DNA of 64,000 nucleotides from Flavobacteriaceae bacterium (GCA_002702875.1 PACV01000007.1:12313-76312); one strand, 5' to 3'. Positions 10,499 through 19,222 are shown, counted from the stretch's first letter. Numbers and translations are program-made. Notes: a model not told the origin generated them from the sequence alone.

Positions 10499-10619
10499 TA
10501 TCTACTAAACAAAAAAAAATAACGATAGAAGAACTTTTAATATCAAAATATATTATTTTTGAATTAAAAAGATAATATTGCTAAAATATAAGATTATTTA
10601 ATATATTTTGACTATTTGT

Positions 10620-10640
10620 AATTTAGAATTATTCTAAATA
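10620..10640. promoter_or_regulatory. perfect 21-bp palindrome (10-1-10), candidate operator in the hemA/araC divergent region
   Basis: TATTTAGAAT-T-ATTCTAAATA was checked base by base. It lies 13 nt upstream of the AraC-family ATG. Both flanking genes point away from it, so it cannot be a terminator. The inner TTAGAAT-N-ATTCTAA has the 7-1-7 architecture of Fur-family boxes. Confidence 0.4.
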
Positions 10641-10652
10641 AACATTATTAAT

Positions 10653-11534
10653 ATGATAAAAAATAACGATATCAGTACCAACTCTAAATTTATGATTGAG
10701 GAAGGGTTTTATATATTGAGATTTGAAAATAACTCATCAAAAACAATTTGTCAGTCACACGATATTGATAGTACTTATATTCAGTTCCACTTTTGCTTAA
10801 AGGGTAATGTTGATTTTCTTTTTAATAAAGACTCATATTCCTTTAAAGTACCAGAGGGTAATTCAATATTACTTTATAACCCAATTAGATCCTTGCCTAT
10901 AAAACTTAATTTAATAAAAAACTCATGGGTTATAAGTGTAATAATTTCAATTAAAAAGTTTCATAGCTTATTCACAATGGACGCTGAACAAATACATTTT
11001 TTAAGTCCTCAAAATATTAAAAAAAAATATTATGACAATTATATAATCTCACCTTCAATGTCAATTATTTTAAGTCAAATTTTTAACTTAAATATTCATG
11101 AATCAATGAGAGCTTTATACTTGAAAGGTAAAGTTTATGAGATTCTTAGTTTATATTTTAATAAAAGTGAAGAAATGGATGTGGAAAAATGTCCATTTTT
11201 AGTTGATGAAGAAAATGTTAGAAAAATTAGATTAGCAAAAGAAATAATTTTAACAAAAATGTCAGAGCCTCCGACTTTGTCTGAACTATCAGAGGAAATT
11301 GGTTTAAATATAAAAAAACTAAAAGAAGGGTTTAAAGAAATCTATGGTGATACAGTTTATGGATATCTCCTTGACCACAAAATGGAGGAGGCTAGGAGAA
11401 TGTTATCTTCAAAAAGTTATAATGTAAATGAGGTTGGTTTAAAGGTTGGTTACAGTACATCTAGCCATTTTATTGCGGCATTCAAAAAAAAGTATGGAAC
11501 TACACCAAAAAAATATTTAATGTCTTTGAACTAG
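10653..11534 (+). CDS. AraC-family transcriptional regulator (PchR/YbtA-like layout)
   Basis: C-terminal double HTH (LSELSEEIGLNIKKLKEGFKEIYG..., VGYSTSSHFIAAFKKKYGTTPKKY). It is divergent from hemA and sits 7 nt upstream of hemH. Confidence 0.88.
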   Translation: MIKNNDISTNSKFMIEEGFYILRFENNSSKTICQSHDIDSTYIQFHFCLKGNVDFLFNKDSYSFKVPEGNSILLYNPIRSLPIKLNLIKNSWVISVIISIKKFHSLFTMDAEQIHFLSPQNIKKKYYDNYIISPSMSIILSQIFNLNIHESMRALYLKGKVYEILSLYFNKSEEMDVEKCPFLVDEENVRKIRLAKEIILTKMSEPPTLSELSEEIGLNIKKLKEGFKEIYGDTVYGYLLDHKMEEARRMLSSKSYNVNEVGLKVGYSTSSHFIAAFKKKYGTTPKKYLMSLN

Positions 11535-11541
11535 TTATATA

Positions 11542-11571
11542 GTGAAAATGAAAATGAAAATGAAAATGAAA
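11542..11571 (+). repeat. in-frame hexanucleotide tandem repeat (GTGAAA)(ATGAAA)x4 at the 5' end of hemH
   Basis: Read directly: gtgaaa atgaaa atgaaa atgaaa atgaaa. It encodes MKMKMKMKMK, giving five consecutive in-frame potential start codons. Confidence 0.9.
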
Positions 11572-12615
11572 AAAATTAAAAAAGGAGTTTTACTCGTTAA
11601 CTTAGGTTCTCCAGATAGCCCTAGTCCAAAGGATGTCAAAAAATACCTTGGAGAATTTTTGATGGATAAAAAAGTTATTAATATTCCAAAAATTTTTAGA
11701 TCAATACTTGTCAAAGGAATTATACTTAACACAAGGCCTAAAAAATCCGCAAAAGCTTATTCGAAAATATGGTGGGAAGAGGGGTCACCTCTTATTGTTT
11801 TGTCAAATAGGTTAAAGGAAAAAGTAGAAAGAAAAACTAATTTACCTTTAGAGTTATCTATGCGATATGGTAATCCATCTATTGAAGTTGGTATTAAAAA
11901 TTTGGTAAAAAAAGGAGTCAAGGAAATTTTAATTTTTCCTTTGTATCCTCAATTTGCCATGGCAACAACTGAGACAATTATTGATTTATCTAAAAAAATA
12001 GTTTTAGAAAAATTTCCAAATATTAAATTAAAATTTGTTGAGTCATTTTACAAAAATTCAAAATACATACAAATATTATCAAATTCTATAAGTAATTTTT
12101 TAAATGGTAAAAAATATGAACACATTGTTTTTTCTTATCATGGTATTCCTAAAAAACACATAAAAATTTCAGATATCACAAAAAATCATTGTAAAATTGA
12201 TAAAAATTGCTGTTCTAATTTTTCAGAAGCACATAAATATTGTTATAGACACCAATGTTATGAGACGACAAATCAAGTTGCTAAATATTTAAATTTAAAT
12301 AAGACTGAATATACTACAACTTTTCAATCAAGAGTATTGTCAAAGTTTAATCCGTGGCTTGAGCCTTATACTGATGTTTTTTTAAGTAAATTAGCTAAAA
12401 GTGGTACCAAAAATGTTGCTATAGTAACCCCAGCTTTTGTTTCTGATTGTTTAGAGACACTTGAAGAAATTGGATTGGAGGCTGTTGAGGATTTTAAAGA
12501 TGATGGGGGCGAAAACTTACATGTAATTCCTTGTTTAAATGATCGTGATAGTTGGGTGGAGGTTATTAGTAATTGGTTAAATAAATGGGAAAAACAAGAT
12601 TTACTTCCATTGTAA
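11542..12615 (+). CDS. hemH: ferrochelatase
   Basis: GVLLVNLGSPDSP, LYPQFAMATT, SYHG(I)P. The true start may be any of the repeated ATG codons between 11548 and 11566. Confidence 0.94.
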   Translation: MKMKMKMKMKKIKKGVLLVNLGSPDSPSPKDVKKYLGEFLMDKKVINIPKIFRSILVKGIILNTRPKKSAKAYSKIWWEEGSPLIVLSNRLKEKVERKTNLPLELSMRYGNPSIEVGIKNLVKKGVKEILIFPLYPQFAMATTETIIDLSKKIVLEKFPNIKLKFVESFYKNSKYIQILSNSISNFLNGKKYEHIVFSYHGIPKKHIKISDITKNHCKIDKNCCSNFSEAHKYCYRHQCYETTNQVAKYLNLNKTEYTTTFQSRVLSKFNPWLEPYTDVFLSKLAKSGTKNVAIVTPAFVSDCLETLEEIGLEAVEDFKDDGGENLHVIPCLNDRDSWVEVISNWLNKWEKQDLLPL

Positions 12616-12665
12616 TAAATTAAACTAGTTATGTATAGAATATTATAAAACTTAATTTTTTAAAA

Positions 12666-13217
12666 TTGGAATTATACTATAATTATATAAAGTCATTACA
12701 TTTAATATTTGTTGTAACATGGTTTTCAGGTTTATTTTACGTACCCAGGATTTTTATTTATCAAATTGAGTCATACAAAAAAAATAATTATGAAACACCA
12801 ATTTTAATAAAACAATATAAGTTAATGTCAAAAAGATTATGGTATATTATAACTATACCTTCATCTATTTTAGCTTTAATTTTTGGTTTACTAATGTTTT
12901 ATGTTTACCCATCGTTATTAATGCAAAAATGGATGGTTGTAAAATTAGGTTCTATTTTTTTATTGTTTTTATATCAGTTTAAAACGCATCAAATTTTTAA
13001 ACAATTACAATTAGACATATACAAGTATTCCTCTTTTCAAATGAGAGTATGGAATGAAATAACCACTTTATTTTTATTTTCAATAGTGTTTTTAGCATTA
13101 CTAAAAAATCAATTTAGTTGGATGTTTGGTTTTTTTGGAATTATTTTTTTAATTACATTTTTATTTATTGCAATAAAATTGTACAATAGAAAAAGAAGAA
13201 TAAAAAATGAAAACTAG
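12666..13217 (+). CDS. hemJ: protoporphyrinogen IX oxidase, HemJ type (CopD-like membrane protein)
   Basis: N-terminus YIKSLHLIFVVTWFSGLFYVPRIFIY matches the HemJ pattern as I recall it. About 5 predicted TM segments. It starts at a TTG, and no in-frame ATG is available upstream of the conserved N-terminus. Confidence 0.82.
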   Translation: MELYYNYIKSLHLIFVVTWFSGLFYVPRIFIYQIESYKKNNYETPILIKQYKLMSKRLWYIITIPSSILALIFGLLMFYVYPSLLMQKWMVVKLGSIFLLFLYQFKTHQIFKQLQLDIYKYSSFQMRVWNEITTLFLFSIVFLALLKNQFSWMFGFFGIIFLITFLFIAIKLYNRKRRIKNEN

Positions 13218-13220
13218 ATT

Positions 13221-14660
13221 TTGATAAAAAAAATATCTTTAAGATCCAGAATTTTTTTCTTCATGATACTTTTGGTTTTCATGTCATCTGTTCTTATTTT
13301 ATTTGCTACATTATTTCAGTATAACAATCAATCTGAGGATTACAACTTGAGGAGACTTTTAAGAAAAGAAAATCAAGTGAAGTCTCACCTAAATTTCATT
13401 TTTGAAAATAGTAAAGAAACTTCTACCATTTTCAATGAAGGAGTTTTAAAAAGTTTAAATTCAATTGCAGATATTCACAAGGTTAATTTTTCAATTTATG
13501 ATTTAGAGGGTAAACCCATTTTTTTTTCTTATGTAAATTATGATGAATACGATAAATTAATTTATTTAAAAAAAAATATTATTGAGGAAATATCTAACTC
13601 GGAAAATTTTAGGATTATAATGCAAAATCCAGAAGAAAGAGGTTTGTTTTTATCTACTTTCAGTTATATATATGATAATTCAAATAAGCCATTTGCTATT
13701 TTGTATTTTCCATATTTTGAAGATATTTCTTTCAGTCAAATGGAGTTAAATTCTTTTTTGAATACTCTTTATAAAATTTATCTTTTTCTTTTTGCTCTTG
13801 CAATTTTAGTTGCATTTTTTATGTCAAGATATATTTCTCTTCCTTTAGAGAAGATTAAACAAAAAATTGATCAAACTGGGTTATTAAAAACTAATAAAAA
13901 AATAAGTTTAAAAAATGCGAGTAAAGAAATTTTTGGCTTAGTTAATTCATATAATAATTTAGTTGATGTTCTTGATAAAAGTAAGGAGAAGCTTGCTAAA
14001 TCTGAAAGAGAACAGGCATGGCAAGAAATGGCTAAACAAGTAGCTCACGAGATAAAGAATCCTTTGACTCCAATGAGATTATCAATTCAAAGTTTCCAAG
14101 AGGATTTTGATTCTAACGAATCAAATAACAAAAAAAAGGTCAACGAGTTTTCAAAAATCTTAATAGACCAAATTGATGTGATGAGTAAAGTTGCAAATTC
14201 ATTTTCTGATTTTGCAACAATGCCAAAAACAAAGAGAGAAAATATAGATATTATAATGATTACATCTACAGCCGTCGATATTTTTGAAAAAAATATCATT
14301 AGTTTTAACCACCCTGAAAAAAAAATAATATGTTTTATTGATAGAACTCAATGGATTAGAGTTATAACTAACTTGATTCAAAATGCTATTCAATCAGTAC
14401 CAAAAAATAAAAAACCTGAAATTATTGTAGATATTAAAGATTTTGTTAATCATGTGAAAGTTATTATATCTGATAATGGTTCTGGTATTAAAATAGGGGA
14501 TAAGAATAAAATTTTCGAACCTAAGTTTACTACAAAATCTGGAGGCATGGGTTTAGGGTTAGGAATTGTTAAAAATATTCTTAATTCATTTAATGCAGAT
14601 ATTACATTTGAATCAAATAAAAGACTCGGGACAAATTTTATCATCAAATTAAAGAAATAG
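13221..14660 (+). CDS. membrane sensor histidine kinase (NtrY-like HisKA + HATPase_c)
   Basis: Two TM segments flank a periplasmic region of about 150 aa. H-box EMAKQVAHEIKNPLTPM, N/G boxes NLIQNAIQS, DNGSGI, GGMGLGLGIVK. The start is uncertain: TTG at 13221 or ATG at 13263. There is no adjacent response regulator. Confidence 0.88.
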   Translation: MIKKISLRSRIFFFMILLVFMSSVLILFATLFQYNNQSEDYNLRRLLRKENQVKSHLNFIFENSKETSTIFNEGVLKSLNSIADIHKVNFSIYDLEGKPIFFSYVNYDEYDKLIYLKKNIIEEISNSENFRIIMQNPEERGLFLSTFSYIYDNSNKPFAILYFPYFEDISFSQMELNSFLNTLYKIYLFLFALAILVAFFMSRYISLPLEKIKQKIDQTGLLKTNKKISLKNASKEIFGLVNSYNNLVDVLDKSKEKLAKSEREQAWQEMAKQVAHEIKNPLTPMRLSIQSFQEDFDSNESNNKKKVNEFSKILIDQIDVMSKVANSFSDFATMPKTKRENIDIIMITSTAVDIFEKNIISFNHPEKKIICFIDRTQWIRVITNLIQNAIQSVPKNKKPEIIVDIKDFVNHVKVIISDNGSGIKIGDKNKIFEPKFTTKSGGMGLGLGIVKNILNSFNADITFESNKRLGTNFIIKLKK

Positions 14661-14671
14661 TTATTATCTAT

Positions 14672-15400
14672 TTAATTGACAAATTCTCTGATCTTACTTT
14701 CAATTTGATTTATTGTTTTAAGATAATTTTTATTGACACTTAATGTTTTATGAATTTTAAAATTTAGTTTAATTTTTAGTGGAATAGGAAATCCATTCCA
14801 GTTATTAAATTTAAATGAATTATTTATTGAAATTGGAACAATAATTGAATCAGGTAATTCACTAAAAATTTTTATTAATCCACTTTTTTTGAATTTTTTC
14901 ATTTTGCCGTCCTTTGATCTTGTCCCTTCAGGAAATATAATTATTGACCAGTTATTTTTTTTTACTTCTTTACAAAATCGACTTATTTTACTCAAAGATT
15001 CTTCTTTATTTGATCTGTCAATTAGAACTGAGCCACCTTTTTTTAGGTACATGGAAACACTAGGTATATTATTTCCCAAAGATTTTTTACCAACAAATTT
15101 CGGATCAAATCTTCTTAAATACCAAATTAGTATTGGGATTTCAAACATACTTTGATGATTTAATATAAAAATTTTAATTTTTTCCTTGGGTATAGTGTTT
15201 ATTAATTTAAAGTGAATTGATGAAAATATTATTTTATAATTTAAAACAAGGAATAAATTTAATATTTCAATTATTTTTTTTTGCAGGGTTCTTCCAAATA
15301 GAAAAAGGAAAAGCCATTGAATTGGATGGAAAATTATAAGTAAAACCCCAAAATTAAAGTAGAAAAAAAATGATAAAAAAAAACTTAAAAATTTATCCAC
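14672..15400 (-). CDS. plsC: 1-acyl-sn-glycerol-3-phosphate acyltransferase family protein
   Basis: N-terminal TM segment, acyltransferase motif I as NHQSMFEIP (H-x4-E rather than H-x4-D), and motif III FPEGTRS. Confidence 0.8.
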   Translation of the reverse strand: MDKFLSFFLSFFFYFNFGVLLIIFHPIQWLFLFLFGRTLQKKIIEILNLFLVLNYKIIFSSIHFKLINTIPKEKIKIFILNHQSMFEIPILIWYLRRFDPKFVGKKSLGNNIPSVSMYLKKGGSVLIDRSNKEESLSKISRFCKEVKKNNWSIIIFPEGTRSKDGKMKKFKKSGLIKIFSELPDSIIVPISINNSFKFNNWNGFPIPLKIKLNFKIHKTLSVNKNYLKTINQIESKIREFVN

Positions 15401-15425
15401 CTAAAAATTAAACCAAAGAAATTAA

Positions 15426-15836
15426 TTAACAATGTTCTTCATAAGCAGTTACTAAATTTTCAGCAATCATTTCAGCTGACCTTCCTTCAATATGATGTCT
15501 TTCCAACATATGGATTAATTCCCCATTTTTAAAAAGTGCTATACTGGGAGACGATGGGGGAAAAGGAGCCATCATATCTCTGGCTGCAGTTGTAGCTTCA
15601 ACATCAACGCCAGCAAAAACAGTATACAAGTTATTTGGTTTTTTTATGTTTTTAAGTGACATTTTTACACCTGGTCTTGCATTAGCAGCTGCACAACCAC
15701 AAACAGAATTTACAACAACAAGGGTTGTTCCATGTTTTTTAATTGATTCTATAGTCTGAGTTTCGTTTAATAATTCTTTAAAACCAACAGAAGTAAGCTC
15801 TTCTTTCATTGGTTGAACAATTTCATTTGGATACAT
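15426..15836 (-). CDS. bacilliredoxin (BrxA/BrxB, YphP/YqiW family, DUF1094)
   Basis: MYPNEIVQPMKEELT..., redox motif NSVCGCAA, TVFAGVD, SSPSIALFKNGELIHMLERHHIEG. It is collinear with the Bacillus Brx proteins as I recall them. Confidence 0.85.
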   Translation of the reverse strand: MYPNEIVQPMKEELTSVGFKELLNETQTIESIKKHGTTLVVVNSVCGCAAANARPGVKMSLKNIKKPNNLYTVFAGVDVEATTAARDMMAPFPPSSPSIALFKNGELIHMLERHHIEGRSAEMIAENLVTAYEEHC

Positions 15837-15849
15837 ATTTTTTTTTTTT

Positions 15850-15857
15850 CAAATATA
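15850..15857 (-). promoter_or_regulatory. candidate -7 box (TATATTTG on the minus strand) for the bacilliredoxin gene
   Basis: The plus strand reads CAAATATA, the reverse complement of TAnnTTTG, 13 nt upstream of the ATG at 15836. Confidence 0.3.
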
Positions 15858-15916
15858 CTAAAGTTAAAATTATAAATATTTTAAATTTATTAATGAATTG
15901 GATTTTTTTATAAGCT

Positions 15917-15924
15917 TATATTTG
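15917..15924 (+). promoter_or_regulatory. candidate -7 box TATATTTG for the TerB-DnaJ gene
   Basis: Exact TAnnTTTG match 16 nt upstream of the ATG at 15941. Confidence 0.3.
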
Positions 15925-15940
15925 AAATTATTTTGTGAAG

Positions 15941-16651
15941 ATGATTAAATGGATAGCAGCTTTTGTAGGTTACATGTACTTTAGGTTTGCAGGAGCTATA
16001 ATGGGTTTTTTTATTGGAAGTATTGTTGAGAGTTTATTAAAAAGAAATAATATTGGCATTAAAGGAGGTCCAAATGAAAAATTCCAGTTAAATCTTTTAT
16101 CTCTTGCAGCTGTAGTTATTAAGTCTGACGGAATTGTTTCAAATAGTGAGCTAAACTTTGTCAGAAATTATTTTATTTCAAATTATGGTAAAAAAAATGC
16201 TGATGATATTTTTTCAAAATTTAACTCTCAAGTAAAGAAAGAAAAACAGGATCTCATTGAAATTGCAAATTTTTTCAATGATATGACTTCAATTGAAACA
16301 AGATTGCAAATAGTTCATTTTCTTTTTGCAGTTTCTAATGCTGATGGACATGTTTCAAAACAAGAAGTCAATAAAATACTAGAAATTTCAAGATTTTTTT
16401 CAATCAATATTAAAGACTTTGAGAGCATAAAAGCAATGTTCATAAAAAATGCTGATAATGCTTATAAAATTTTGGAAGTAGAACCTAGTTGTACAGATTC
16501 AGAATTAAAAAAAGCATACAGAGATATGGTCAAAAAATATCATCCTGATAAAATATTAAGTAAGGACCCTGCTCTTATCAAAGGATCAAAAGAAAAATTT
16601 CAAGAGGTCCAAAAAGCTTACGAGTTAATTCAAAAAGAGAGAGGGTTGTAG
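15941..16651 (+). CDS. TerB-domain / J-domain membrane co-chaperone (DjlA-like)
   Basis: N-terminal TM segment, a central TerB-like tellurite-resistance domain and a C-terminal J domain (AYKILEVEPSCTDSELKKAYRDMVKKYHPDK). I prefer the ATG at 15941 to the GTG at 15935. Confidence 0.85.
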   Translation: MIKWIAAFVGYMYFRFAGAIMGFFIGSIVESLLKRNNIGIKGGPNEKFQLNLLSLAAVVIKSDGIVSNSELNFVRNYFISNYGKKNADDIFSKFNSQVKKEKQDLIEIANFFNDMTSIETRLQIVHFLFAVSNADGHVSKQEVNKILEISRFFSINIKDFESIKAMFIKNADNAYKILEVEPSCTDSELKKAYRDMVKKYHPDKILSKDPALIKGSKEKFQEVQKAYELIQKERGL

Positions 16652-16659
16652 TCTAAAAA

Positions 16660-17235
16660 ATGGATATATTTTATTTTAATTTGGGCCTAACTCATGTTTT
16701 GGATGTTAATGCACTTGATCATTTACTTTTCCTAACAGCATTATCACTTCCATTTAGTTTAAATTCGTTTAAAAAGCTTTTTTTTATGGTTACTTTTTTT
16801 ACTATTGGCCATACATTATCACTTTTAATAAATTATTTTTATCAAATTCCACTTAACACATATTTAATAGAAATATTAATTCCAATAACAATTTCAATTA
16901 CTTGTCTGCCACTAATTATTAACAAATTTTTTAACATAATTAATTTTAATAAATTTCTTTTAAATTACTTTAGTGCAATTTTTTTTGGAGTTATACACGG
17001 ATTTGGTTTTTCTAATTTTTTTTTGAATATTGTGAGAGAGGATTCTACAATTTCTAATCTTATTGAATTTGCACTAGGAATTGAAGTAGCTCAAATTATT
17101 ATTGTTAGTGTTGTGATTTTTCTAAATTTTTTAGTTGTAAAAATTTTTAATGTAAAAACAAACAAAATCCAAATGATAACAGGAATTATTATTTTCATAA
17201 TGTCTGGTAAAATGTTGTACGAAAATATTATATAG
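16660..17235 (+). CDS. HupE/UreJ family membrane protein
   Basis: Polytopic membrane protein of 191 aa with the N-terminal GLTHVL..DHLLF motif typical of HupE/UreJ. Confidence 0.7.
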   Translation: MDIFYFNLGLTHVLDVNALDHLLFLTALSLPFSLNSFKKLFFMVTFFTIGHTLSLLINYFYQIPLNTYLIEILIPITISITCLPLIINKFFNIINFNKFLLNYFSAIFFGVIHGFGFSNFFLNIVREDSTISNLIEFALGIEVAQIIIVSVVIFLNFLVVKIFNVKTNKIQMITGIIIFIMSGKMLYENII

Positions 17236-17243
17236 TCTTTAAT

Positions 17244-17663
17244 GTGAACAAACAAAAAAAATACGATAATGCTTATTTAAGAATGGCTAAGGTTTGGGGA
17301 GAGCTGTCATATTGTAAGAGAAGAAAAGTGGGGGCCTTAATTGTTAAAGATAAAATGATTATTTCTGATGGATATAATGGAACACCTTCAGGATTTGAAA
17401 ATGTGTGTGAGGATGAAAATCATTACACTAAGTGGTATGTTTTGCATGCTGAAGCAAATGCAATATTAAAAGTTGCTAGTTCAACTCAGTCAACTAAAGG
17501 AGCAACTTTATATATAACTTTGTCTCCTTGTAAAGAATGTAGTAAGTTGATACATCAGTCTGGAATTAAAAGAGTAGTATATTCGAAAAAATATAAAGAT
17601 GACTCAGGTTTAGCCTTTTTAGAAAAGGCAGGAGTTGAAATAGTTTACAATCCAATTGAATAG
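17244..17663 (+). CDS. dCMP deaminase (ComEB-type cytidine/deoxycytidylate deaminase)
   Basis: Zinc motifs HAEANAI and PCKECSKLI. GTG start. 139 aa. Confidence 0.9.
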   Translation: MNKQKKYDNAYLRMAKVWGELSYCKRRKVGALIVKDKMIISDGYNGTPSGFENVCEDENHYTKWYVLHAEANAILKVASSTQSTKGATLYITLSPCKECSKLIHQSGIKRVVYSKKYKDDSGLAFLEKAGVEIVYNPIE

Positions 17664-19221
17664 ATTTAATATATATATAATAGCAGGATTATTCTTTGTT
17701 TTTGGTATCACAATAGGTGTCAATATGAATTATATTTTAAATTATTTGGGTTTTAATTCAGATAATTTAAAAAAGTATAATTCACTGGTTAATTATGTAA
17801 AAAATAGATATTATGCAGATATAAATATTGATAGTTTGGTAGATGAATCAACAAAAGAATTAATTCAAAAATTAGATCCTCATTCTGCACATATATCAAA
17901 AAAAGAATTATCAATTATAAATGAAACAATGGAGGGGGTTTTTGTGGGAATTGGCATTAGTTTTAAAATGATAAACGATTCATTGACAGTTTTATCTGTA
18001 ATGAAAAATGGTCCTAGTCAAATTGCAGGAATTTATCCCGGTGATAGAATTCTAATTGCAAACGGAGATACGTTATTTAACAAAAATTTAGATAACAATG
18101 AAATTATATCAAAATTAAAAGGAAAAGAAAATACAGTAGTTGATTTAGATATATACAGAAATTCAAATAAAAAAATATTTAGCAAAAAAATATCAAGAGG
18201 GAAAGTTCCAATTAAAAGTGTGATTGCATATAAATTAATGCAGAAAACTGGATATATAAAAGTTGAAAGATTTGGAAAAAACACACATGATGAATTTATA
18301 AATTCATTTAGAAAATTGAATGAAAATGAAAAAATTGAAAATCTTGTTTTAGATTTAAGAAATAACCCCGGAGGGTTCCTATTTTCAGCGGAAAAAATAG
18401 TAGATCAATTTTTTAGTTCTAAAAAAACAATTTTAATAACTGAGACGAAAAGAGGAGTTAGAGATACATTTTTTACAACCAATAAAGGAGTTTTTCGCAA
18501 GGGTAATTTATATATTCTAGTAAATGGGCAATCAGCCTCTGCAAGTGAAGTTGTAGCAGGTGCAGTTCAAGACAATAAAAGAGGGACAATTATTGGTAGG
18601 AGGACATTTGGTAAGGGATTAGTTCAACAACATTTGCCACTCGGAGGTGGGGATGTTGTTAAGTTAACAACATCAAGATATTACACTCCATCGGGTAAAT
18701 CAATTCAAAGATCTTTTAGTGATGGCAACGAAGAATATTTTAATCAAGCAAACAATTTAAATTATCATGATTCTGAGGATATTAATAAATTGAAAATTAA
18801 GGATTCATCAAATATAAAATATAATAGTAAAAATGAAAATTTTAGAGGAGGTATTTCTCCTGATATTCAAGTTAAAATTGCAAATAAATCAGACGAATTA
18901 GACAAATCTATTTTAAATAATATGATAACTAATTTTGTTTATACTTACCTTGATAGTAATAGGGATAATTTTTTTAAAGGGTCAAAAAAAGAATATTTGA
19001 ATTTAAGTATTGATTATTTTGACACAGCTTATCAAAAGTTTAAAAAATTAAATTCTGATAAAAAATTATTTGACGATTTGTCAAAAAACAAAACGTATAT
19101 AAAGAATTCAATTAAAGCTTATTATGGATTTCTTTTGTTTGGAGAAGAAGTTTTATTTGAAATTTTTAATGATGATGATGAATACATTAAAATTGCCATC
19201 AATTCTATAAACAAAAGTTAG
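17656..19221 (+). CDS. S41 carboxy-terminal processing peptidase
   Basis: N-terminal signal anchor, PDZ region (GPSQIAGIYPGDRILIANGD), LDLRNNPGG, a catalytic-Ser region GQSASASE, and GKG. The TTG start overlaps the deaminase stop; an alternative ATG lies at 17725. Confidence 0.9.
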   Translation: MNRFNIYIIAGLFFVFGITIGVNMNYILNYLGFNSDNLKKYNSLVNYVKNRYYADINIDSLVDESTKELIQKLDPHSAHISKKELSIINETMEGVFVGIGISFKMINDSLTVLSVMKNGPSQIAGIYPGDRILIANGDTLFNKNLDNNEIISKLKGKENTVVDLDIYRNSNKKIFSKKISRGKVPIKSVIAYKLMQKTGYIKVERFGKNTHDEFINSFRKLNENEKIENLVLDLRNNPGGFLFSAEKIVDQFFSSKKTILITETKRGVRDTFFTTNKGVFRKGNLYILVNGQSASASEVVAGAVQDNKRGTIIGRRTFGKGLVQQHLPLGGGDVVKLTTSRYYTPSGKSIQRSFSDGNEEYFNQANNLNYHDSEDINKLKIKDSSNIKYNSKNENFRGGISPDIQVKIANKSDELDKSILNNMITNFVYTYLDSNRDNFFKGSKKEYLNLSIDYFDTAYQKFKKLNSDKKLFDDLSKNKTYIKNSIKAYYGFLLFGEEVLFEIFNDDDEYIKIAINSINKS

Positions 19222-19222
19222 T

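Noticed and set aside
11542-11571. The short tandem repeat might have been a CRISPR-like or phase-variation element.
   Set aside because: It is a 6-nt unit with no spacers, so it is not CRISPR. It stays in frame, so it cannot switch the gene off. It is kept only as a low-interest microsatellite and start-codon observation.
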